A stretch of DNA of 64,000 nucleotides from Diplonema japonicum (Eukaryota > Protista > Euglenozoa: Diplonemea), in NCBI GenBank assembly GCA_964019335.1, contig OZ025665.1, forward strand, positions 434,001-498,000. The letters are read 5' to 3'. Position 1 is the stretch's first letter. Every line of letters begins with the position of its first letter. Positions 52,401 to 60,076 of this stretch are shown here, in pieces. The position numbers and the translations under genes were made by a program. Under the pieces are notes generated by a model, which was not told the origin of the DNA, made no database searches, and saw nothing but the letters and a program-made list of their open reading frames with translations.

Positions 52401-55400
52401 TCGACTGCGTTAGCGGTGATCTGCCCACTGTCGCGCCGTACGGTTTGCGTGGTCTTCGTTTCTTGTTCCACCGTACCATCCTTTAAAAATGCCGTCACAC
52501 GTTTACGGTCCGTGCCAAACTCTTCCGCAGTCCACCTCGCGTACTCCTTGTTCCGGTGTCTCTTGTTGCGGCTGATTATCTCAGCGTTCGACTTCGCAGC
52601 CCTACCCCTAAGCTCAGCCATCGCCGTGTAAATCTCGTCGTTACAAGACCAATCTTGGGGGTCGGGTCTCTCAGTCCATAGCTTCAGACGCACTGCAGTG
52701 GTGTACACGTTACGTATCTGTGCCCTCATCTCGTGCGACATGCATCCTATCGCGGGTGTTTCTTCCATTCGTCGGATCAATGATTTAATCTTCCGCTTAA
52801 GGATCGCGACTTGGTTCTCTTTGCAGGTCGCTGCCCCACACCCTTCATGATTCGACGGTGCGGAAATCTCCCGAAGCACCGGTTGCCGCAAGTCTCCTCG
52901 CCCCCGCTGTGTGAGATCGGCTCCTAGGAGGTCCTCAACAGCGACGGCTAGGTATCGAATGGCCGAGTTCAGGTTAGTCAGCAGGGTAGTGTTGAAGATT
53001 CTGCGGTCGAACAAGCCAGGCGTTCCCGTGATGACGGTGTTCGGACATTTGAGCTGTCTGGGTACCTTGTACATGGGTACAAGTTGCCGCATGGCTGGTA
53101 ACTTCAGCGTCACAGTTAGCGCTCGATGCGACGGCACGCCTATGTCTTCAGTAACACAGGACACAAGCGCTGCAGCAGCTATGGGGTTCATCAGGATGTA
53201 GTCGGGTCTTGTGGCTGCAACGGCAGTAACGTAGGTGGGGCTTGGGTCCCTCCCTTGATGTTTTGCAAACATCGCGGATGCGTCCACCCAGTGCGTGTTA
53301 AGCGCATGTTGCAATGTAGGAGATGCATCGATTGTAGTGTTCATATCTCCAACTACAATGATCGGGACCTGGCCTAGCGATATCCGCAATCGGTTTAGGA
53401 TATTGCAAAGTAAGGTTTCGCGAGCAGCGACTCCAGCCTTCGACTTATCAACATCGGCGTACAGGTTAACTACGTGTAACCACCTGTTGCCTTCACCCAT
53501 CGCGTACATTACATGTTGGAATCTCGTCTGCTGTCCAACATCCGGGAGGACATGCTGTTCTATGCAGGTGCCGGGAATACGGTATAATGTGGCGACGCCT
53601 CCCCTCTCCGCTAAGGTTGGGGATTCAACACCGTCCAGCATCAGTCCACGTTGCGGTTTCCCAAATATGACACGCCTCTGCGTCATACCCGGATCCCCCT
53701 TCATTGTTGTAGCCACTTGGAATTGTGTCGTAGCCGTCAGCGCCGTCTCCTGAACACACAGGATATTGGCTGTTACCTTCTTGAGGATGTGGAATGTGTT
53801 GTTCCACGAAGTAACGTTAACCGATGTTATCGTCACTGTGTCGCACGTTTTCGCATCACCTATCGATGTCAAGGGCGGACGCGGAACACTACCTTTCGTG
53901 CCTTGAGGTTCTCCCGCTGGAACGTAGAAGTCCTTCCATAATCCTGTCGTCTTCACCTTGAGGGATATCTTCTTGCATGGCGGGCCAGGGTTGGGGTGCA
54001 CATCACCATCAGCTAACAGCCTGAGGAGTGCCTCCATCGCGATGTTTGAATATGCATGTTTTTGGTTGCATATTCGGGGAAGGGAGAAGTAGGGGCTCAT
54101 GCTAAACACTGAAGGGGGGTAGCAGAGCAGGGGAACACTGATTGGGAGGAAGATCATGATACGGGTCCTCATCTTTGGCGATGTGTGCTCTTCCCTGTTG
54201 CACACTTCTGATGTTGTTGTTTTTGTTGATGTTGTTGTAGAAGTTGTTGAGTTGCGCCTAGCTGTTGCACCATAGGCGCCATTGCCTGCGCGATCAACCT
54301 TTGTACCACATCGGTAGCTCCAAGCGGGTCTTGGGTGGGCGGGGTCGGTTCTGGTTTCTTGGTAGCGGTAACCTGCTGTACGGCCTGCTGCAGTTGCTGG
54401 ATCTGTTGGACGATGGGTTTCAGTGCCTCTGCGATGATGCCGTTCACCATGTCCGCCCAGTTCGGTGGTGTAGGCTGCGGGGACGACAACGAAGGTTGTT
54501 GGGGTTTCCAGGCGCTCGTCGTGCCACCTTGGAACGTCACAGTCCCGCCGATCCCTACACCTTCCTTCTTCGCCTTCGGGTTTTTCGCCTTTGGGTTTTT
54601 CGCCTTCGGGTCTCTCGCATTCGGGTTCTTCGCCTTCGCCCCAGCCGTCTTTTTCGGTCTTTGGTTTACCACAGTCTTCGATGTCACGTCGCCCTTCTCC
54701 GCGTCGGTCTCCTCCATCTTGGCGTCCACTCGGCGCTCGTTCTTCTTCCTTAGCAGTCCGATCCCACCGAACAGCGGCACCTCGAACCCGGGTGGCTCCT
54801 TCTGTGCTAGCAGCATCCACCTTTTGGTCGACCCTCTTAGGGATGACCGAGTCACCTCGACCGTCCACCCCCATGCAGCCAACATCATCTTGAGCTCTGT
54901 TGGTCTCATGTCGCGTGGCACCTTCTCCAGATACCAAGCCTCCGTCTGCGGTGTCGCTAGACCCTTGGCTTCGAGGTTCTTCCGGAGTTCGTTCTCCGCT
55001 GTACCCGGCGCCACACGAATACCAACCCGCTGTCGCTGGTCCACCGCAACCCCAGCGTATTGCTGGTACTTCTGTGCCACCGAGACGGCCATCTCGAGTG
55101 TCATACCCTTCTTCAGCCACACCACGCTGTCAGAGGTCTCATCCATCGGCAGCCTTGCGGTGATCCCGTCCTTGCCACTCCTACCTAGTAGCTCCGGTGC
55201 TCTGTTGGATGCCACACAGACCGTGGTCTTCGCGCACTCCGGGTATACCCTCGGCCTGGAGAGGTCGAAGTCCTTACCTCCAACCCAGGTGGTGAACATT
55301 TTGTTGGCCTCATCCAACGAGGACTTCTTGTGTAGCGTGAGATGCACCAGCGTCGTGCACTTCTTCTTGATGGTTTCCGCCTGTCTTGCCATGGGGGCGA

Positions 55401-58400
55401 GATCGGACCAACCCATATGTGACATCCAAACTGTCAGTGATGTCGTGCCGGAGCGGTCTGGAAGGTCAAACGCGACTTGTTGCTTCTTGCCAGGGATCGC
55501 TGGTAGCGGTTGGCGGGAGATGAGAGTGAGGTGCTCCGGTTTGTGGTGCGACAGGTGCCATTCGCACGCTGCCATGTCTTCCTGCTCGACTAGCATGACA
55601 CCACAGCAGTTTTCCGTCACACCGATGATGTCTGTAATGATCGGGAATGTCCAATCCAATTCGCGCAGCTTCAAGTTCGCAAATGTTTTCGGTGGGAGGG
55701 GTTCCTTCCCGGCGATCATCTCCGGGAGGGATGCGGTCTCCGGCCGTACCAGGACTGGGTTGGTCGTCAACAGGCCGTCCGGGCCGTCCGCGTCTTCCTT
55801 CTTCAGGGCGTAGTATTCACCCCCGATCTCAGCCAGCCAGCCGACTGGCACCCCCTGCGCGTGGCCAATCATCTGTGTAGTGATGACCTCCCCGTCCGTC
55901 TTGACGAGCCCAATGGGCGCGCCAATGCGCTCCGCGTAAGCGAGGATGGCGACTTCGTCGCCCCTTGCATTCCACTTCCTCAGGCTCGCGACGTAGTCGT
56001 CGAGCCTGACGGCAAGGAACCTCGCGTACAGCTCCTTGTTCGACTCCATCACCGACGCAACCAACTCGCGGATCGTCGCTTCGGCGCTTACCTCTCCGTG
56101 TCTGATAAAGGAGAGACAGCGAAATAGTTGTCCTCCTTGGTTACCGCATGAACGCAGGCGGAAACCGTAGCTCCTCACCTGCCCGTCGTACCACTTACGC
56201 ACCTGATGTGCCCACCCCTTCTCGCTCGTCTCTTCGCGGCCGAAGCCCCCGGGCGGCGCCTCCGAGGAGGCGGACGAGCCGGGTTTTGTCATTTTGAATG
56301 ATTTGATAGTTTACCCAGTAACCCCCTAAGAAAAAGCTCAAATAGATTTTAAAAAAAAAAAGGAAACACACTTCTTGAACGCTTCTCTGTCGACTTCGTC
56401 CTCCAGCTCTATGAGAGGGTCCACGTCAATCTTCTGCGCAATGATATCTTGTGTCGCTTCGTCTGCCTCTGCATCTGCTTCTGCTTGAAGCCTGTTGAAG
56501 TCGTCATCGTCCAAGTGATGGAAGAATAGTTTAAGATTTGTGTTCTTATCGTCAGATATAAGAGTGTCTGTGTTAAGCTGGCCTCCTTTGATGATAACGT
56601 TGATTAAGGTTTTCTTCTGCCTGGCCTTCATCAGGATGTTCTCCTCCACAGTGTGCTTTGATGTCAGCCTGTACACTGTCACGTCTCTCGTCTGCCCGAT
56701 TCTGTGGCATCGATCCTGAGCTTGCAAGTCCATTGCGGGGTTCCAATCTGAGTCGTAAAAGATGACAGTATCAGCACCTGTTAAGTTGATACCCATGCCT
56801 CCCGACCGTGTGCTTAGAATGAAGCAGAAGTATCTTGTGTCATTGTTAAAGAGTTCCATTCTGTACTGTCGTTCCTCCACCTTTGTGCTGCCGTCCAAGC
56901 GGAGGTACACAAAGCCTTTTAAGGATAAGAATGCCTCTAGAATGTCGAGGACTTTTGTCATTTGGGTGAAGATGAGCACGCGGTGGCCTTGTCGTTTCAG
57001 GTCGGGGAGCAGCGTCGCAAGAACCTGCAGCTTCCCACAATCGAAAGTTACTAGCTTGGGATCCGGAAGAAGAATCTGCCGCCCAGATGACGGCACACTC
57101 CGTTTCATTTCAACAGGCAGTTCAAATGACTGATCATCGAGCCCGATCATCGTCGTCTTTGGAACCGAAACCTTCGGTGTGATGACATCAAATCGGGAGA
57201 AGGTCGTTCTGTTAATGTTGCTTGCCAATGCGTCGGTCGAGCTTTGCGTCAAACAGCCGTTTGTAAGCCTTGTGAAGCGTCCGTTCAACGTTGCCGGCTC
57301 TGCAGGGATCCGGACCTCGCTGAGATCCGTTTCCTTGAAGAATGGTTCCAACAGTGTGGTCATCCTCGAACCCCTCACGAGGTTCATCTTCTGCTTTCTC
57401 CTCCAAACACCGGCTTTCTCCTTCGAACCCTGTTGGCATAAACCGTGCAAAGCAGCGAGATATGGTTTCCATGATGAATCATTGACAGTCGAGATGCTAT
57501 TTTGAAGGGGTTGCAGACCGACAAGGGTACAGGATGATATTTCCTTGAATATGGTGTGGGGTGATCGTGCCAAAGGCGAGGGGCTGAATGGTGATTGCAG
57601 CTCCGACAAGAAATGAAACGGAACGGATTTATCAGAGAACACACCGGGCTGGATGCCTCGCAGCAAGCGAGGGTAAACCACGGTCATCCCCACAGGGTGC
57701 ATAACATTGTAAACCGCCGCTGATGGTTCGTAATAAGGACAGAACGGCGATGATGTAGGCCGCGGTTCAAAAAGAGACGGGTGGTTACAAACTTTCCGAA
57801 GAGCCATGAGAACACCCATCACACCCATGTACCCTCCTTTCAACTTTGCATTTGTCTCACCGCTGTGGATATACTCATCATACAGAGTTCGTTGTCGTTT
57901 TGAGAGTCTGCAACGTAATACCCTTTCCGTTTTCTTGGGCATTTCGGACTCCACCTCGCGTTTCAATCTTCGAAGAATGTAAGGTCGTAAAACCTGATGA
58001 AGCTGTTGGACCACCTCGGTGTTGCATTCCCCGTCTTGAAGCATTGCGGTCATGGGGGAGTTAAACCAATGTTGGAAGTTGGAACCGGATGCGAAAAGCG
58101 GGTTCTCGTACAACAGAAATCTCAGAAGCGACCAAACCTCCATCATGTTGTTTTGTAAAGGCGTTCCTGAAAGAAGAAGCCGCCGCGTGGTTTTGAGCTC
58201 GTGGAGAAGCTGCCATTTTTTGGACTTCCAGTTCTTTATCATCTGCGCCTCGTCCAGGATCATGTACTCCCAATGCATCCGTTTGAAATGCGTTATATCT
58301 GCCACAACGGTTTGATACGAAGCTATGCACACATCGAATGCTCCCAAGGCCGTCCATCCTTTGCGCTTTTGAAGTCGGGCCTTTTGCGTTCCGTAGTACA

Positions 58401-59688
58401 GAAGGATGTTGAAGCCGGGGGCCCATCTTTTGAACTCGATTTCCCAGTTTAAGAGGACGGACATTGGCACTACGACAAGATGCGGGCCCCAATTGCTCTC
58501 CGCTGTTGCGAGATGTGCCAGTAATGATATTGTTTGTATTGTCTTCCCCAGACCCATTTCGTCGGCTAAAATACCGCTCATTCCCCGTTCATGTAGCGCG
58601 ACCAGCCAATCTAATCCAGACCGTTGGTAGCCTCTGAGTGGACGGGAGGCCACCTGCAGCAACGGTGACAGTTCAACGTTTCCTTTTCCATCTTCGTGTT
58701 TGGTTTTTTTCAAATCCTCCGCCAGTGTGTTCGCAAGGGATTTGGCCTCTGTCAAAAGCAAGTCTTTCTTCCCTTCAAGGATCTCCCTCCTCCGGCGTTC
58801 CTTGTGGTCGTTCGTTGTTTGCTTGATGATCTTGGTGGTGTGTTCCCAAAACGAGGAAACTGCTTTGTTCAAAGCCCTCGCTACCCTCTGCCTCTTCTGT
58901 TCGTCGTCCTTCTCCTGCCGCATTGACGACAGGTTCTTCTGCTTATGCAACGCCTCGGCAATGTTGTGCAGCGTATCAACACGTGCAGTGGAGTAGCAGT
59001 ACATGTTCAAGTGTTTCATTGGGATGAGGTTCTGGTCTTGCGTGGGGTTGATCTCCAAGGGGAGCGGCTTTTTTTTCCCGCACAAGGATCTTCCTGATTT
59101 AGAATTGCGTTGTAGTTTTGCTTTGAGGTTGCAATCCTCCTCCGCCAGGCCCGCACCTTCCCGTTGCCGTTTTTTGAACGCTGCTCGTTTGTACAGAACC
59201 TGCGTGATTTCAACAGGGAGGACGCTGAGTAAGAGCTCCCCTTTGTACCCGTGCCGGTATTGCGGTGCTCTTGGGGTGTGTTTCAAGGTTGGTAGGTCCA
59301 AACATTCGTGGAGCGTCTTTTCTTGTGCTATTGAAATCTCGCGGATGATGTGTCCTAAAGCAATGCCCCACTCGTGTAGAATTTGTAGGCGGTTTTGCCT
59401 TGCGGACAGTACCGAGGTGCCCTTTATTGCTTTTGCGTGTTTTTTTAACATTTCGCTTGGTGAAAAACCAAGCCGTTCATGTGCTGTTTCGCCCCCTTCT
59501 GCGATGGCGAGGTCCACTGCTGATTGCAGCAGGCCCCGATCGGTCACGCGGACCATGTCGCCAGACAGTTCCTTGTTGTCTCCGCCCACATTCTTCTCCA
59601 GCCATGAAGCTTCGCTTCTTATTATCACGTTCGCTCGTTGCAGCACATTTAAGTATTTTGCTTTGACGGGGTCGATGCCTCCCGCCAT
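49429..59688 (-). CDS. SWR1: SWR1/SRCAP chromatin-remodelling ATPase; exons 59688-56372, 49720-49610, 49543-49429
   Basis: GILADEMGLGKT, NWGPHLVVVP, LDEAQ, split-ATPase insertion, DCGKLQ and QAQDRCHRIGQ. The distal exons give FKKVRAE..LDPLQQYALRMF, like the SRCAP-family LTPIERYA motif. Splice phases match. Confidence 0.9.
49796..54172 (-). CDS. element B ORF2: leader + 2A-like peptide, APE endonuclease, reverse transcriptase, CCHC-like finger
   Basis: AUG at 54172 overlaps the ORF1 UGA. GDVHPNPGP; VQET, VNLY, GDMN, RPDYIL; RPITV, DFQKCFD, GILQGCPLS, YADD; CIGC..HTFWKC. Confidence 0.93.
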   Translation of the reverse strand: MRTRIMIFLPISVPLLCYPPSVFSMSPYFSLPRICNQKHAYSNIAMEALLRLLADGDVHPNPGPPCKKISLKVKTTGLWKDFYVPAGEPQGTKGSVPRPPLTSIGDAKTCDTVTITSVNVTSWNNTFHILKKVTANILCVQETALTATTQFQVATTMKGDPGMTQRRVIFGKPQRGLMLDGVESPTLAERGGVATLYRIPGTCIEQHVLPDVGQQTRFQHVMYAMGEGNRWLHVVNLYADVDKSKAGVAARETLLCNILNRLRISLGQVPIIVVGDMNTTIDASPTLQHALNTHWVDASAMFAKHQGRDPSPTYVTAVAATRPDYILMNPIAAAALVSCVTEDIGVPSHRALTVTLKLPAMRQLVPMYKVPRQLKCPNTVITGTPGLFDRRIFNTTLLTNLNSAIRYLAVAVEDLLGADLTQRGRGDLRQPVLREISAPSNHEGCGAATCKENQVAILKRKIKSLIRRMEETPAIGCMSHEMRAQIRNVYTTAVRLKLWTERPDPQDWSCNDEIYTAMAELRGRAAKSNAEIISRNKRHRNKEYARWTAEEFGTDRKRVTAFLKDGTVEQETKTTQTVRRDSGQITANAVEMLRTLEQHWAKVFCLFGNGETKPSYKKFKATYGQFIKRTEMTCPLITVQDLRVVLARTKKKTACAVDGWRFAELHCLPDDVLGSFADLFNAIELQGRWPDTVMTALISMLPKNGTGQPLDHRPITVTSVIYRLWACVRLKHVLEWQEKWIDPTMHGFRPKHGADHVLMDISTMVEDALLGGRPLYGLALDFQKCFDRVPQEIALSLVEDLGLSVSITRPMRYVYENLQRRLKLPLGVGEVLHVDNGILQGCPLSAVLINALLSIMVKEIGHLTKAKTTSYADDVTMYSRKSERHVQRAVDRVSEFCKITGMALNHEKTLAFSTVKKYTSTLRQGGFTFATKKKVKILGVTLSMERKGRADNKRVEKAVETAKRLAALQLPFTKKALIVSQSILPAALYGAPYAPPSNAKIDALRIAVTDCLWGPYNTTRSSGALLNIALPGHTHDPLAAFAYKTAGTVLRLAENRRIRKRARKIRKKYTKNMRSAGPIGTLLRLLEPAKLGWPWARALLGVHKAARGHEIRRVTKAIRRNAVAKGRPSFIGVGRAIDEVRTNEVWKSARSVQEERLGLRMITGAMFRSYPIVEPEVQCIGCEALFTTQDEYTIHTFWKCKAHEEVRGAPEFAPAMHAYRQEGITRCLALHGIIPLECKTERPEVIQQMLLAIIRRVSAKQETKKAAVERFPWNRPLVGRGCSVPSLDWYKNNGLKHFQGDTIVPEVLKWLRMLQWSPHGSVSRIELALDFEATTKQLILEDTADVRKRANRLAKVLTKLSEVAEKKARPPPIPGKPFLTSSLRSIGANKRIRGYTCRPTFASYDKVRFILEQRLATGSPGRDDWSDKFVPTYLEPTRSIPTPSADKNAATQKGNNTR
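54169..56292 (-). CDS. element B ORF1: OTU-like domain (catalytic residues absent), RRM-like region, KAKNP repeats, Gln-rich coiled coils
   Basis: 707-aa ORF collinear with element A ORF1. Shared blocks: SGKDGI/SGSKGV, VVWLKK/VAWLPK, RVGIR/RLGVR, AWGW/AIGW, TKRWML/TKCWLI. Confidence 0.85.
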   Translation of the reverse strand: MTKPGSSASSEAPPGGFGREETSEKGWAHQVRKWYDGQVRSYGFRLRSCGNQGGQLFRCLSFIRHGEVSAEATIRELVASVMESNKELYARFLAVRLDDYVASLRKWNARGDEVAILAYAERIGAPIGLVKTDGEVITTQMIGHAQGVPVGWLAEIGGEYYALKKEDADGPDGLLTTNPVLVRPETASLPEMIAGKEPLPPKTFANLKLRELDWTFPIITDIIGVTENCCGVMLVEQEDMAACEWHLSHHKPEHLTLISRQPLPAIPGKKQQVAFDLPDRSGTTSLTVWMSHMGWSDLAPMARQAETIKKKCTTLVHLTLHKKSSLDEANKMFTTWVGGKDFDLSRPRVYPECAKTTVCVASNRAPELLGRSGKDGITARLPMDETSDSVVWLKKGMTLEMAVSVAQKYQQYAGVAVDQRQRVGIRVAPGTAENELRKNLEAKGLATPQTEAWYLEKVPRDMRPTELKMMLAAWGWTVEVTRSSLRGSTKRWMLLAQKEPPGFEVPLFGGIGLLRKKNERRVDAKMEETDAEKGDVTSKTVVNQRPKKTAGAKAKNPNARDPKAKNPKAKNPKAKKEGVGIGGTVTFQGGTTSAWKPQQPSLSSPQPTPPNWADMVNGIIAEALKPIVQQIQQLQQAVQQVTATKKPEPTPPTQDPLGATDVVQRLIAQAMAPMVQQLGATQQLLQQHQQKQQHQKCATGKSTHRQR

Positions 59689-59691
59689 CTA

Positions 59692-59728
<37 letters not shown>

Positions 59729-60076
59729 GTATTGTTGTTTTTTTCTTGTGTGAAAAAAAAAAAAAAATATAATGAAACATAGAGGAAGAAGAAGAAGAAG
59801 AAGAAGAAGAAACACACATAGACGCACATTGTGGGAAACCTTGGGTCAGCCACTGTGCTTGTGTTTCTTTTTGGCTTTTGAAATAATGTGGAGGGTAAAG
59901 GAATAAAAACTCCGACCTTAAAAAAAAAGGGTAACAACACAGAAAAAAAGAAAGCGGAAAAAAACGGATCAATGCGCGCTGGGGTCTCGTGACAATTTTG
60001 TTTCTTTTGAATATGCACCACGTTCAGTTATCATGGTGCTATCTGTTAACTGAGTTGAATGCCAAAAGACCGTTTC

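Larger units (their letters stand above)
49750..56330 (-). mobile_element. non-LTR retrotransposon B (same architecture as A), inside SWR1 intron 49721-56371
   Basis: Intact ORF1 and ORF2. Boundaries are approximate, with no poly-A tail or TSD seen. Confidence 0.9.

Noticed and set aside
54173-55120. N-terminal 316 aa of the 1774-aa ORF as real ORF2 protein
   Set aside because: It overlaps ORF1, has shadow-frame composition and has no counterpart in element A. The AUGA start is more parsimonious.
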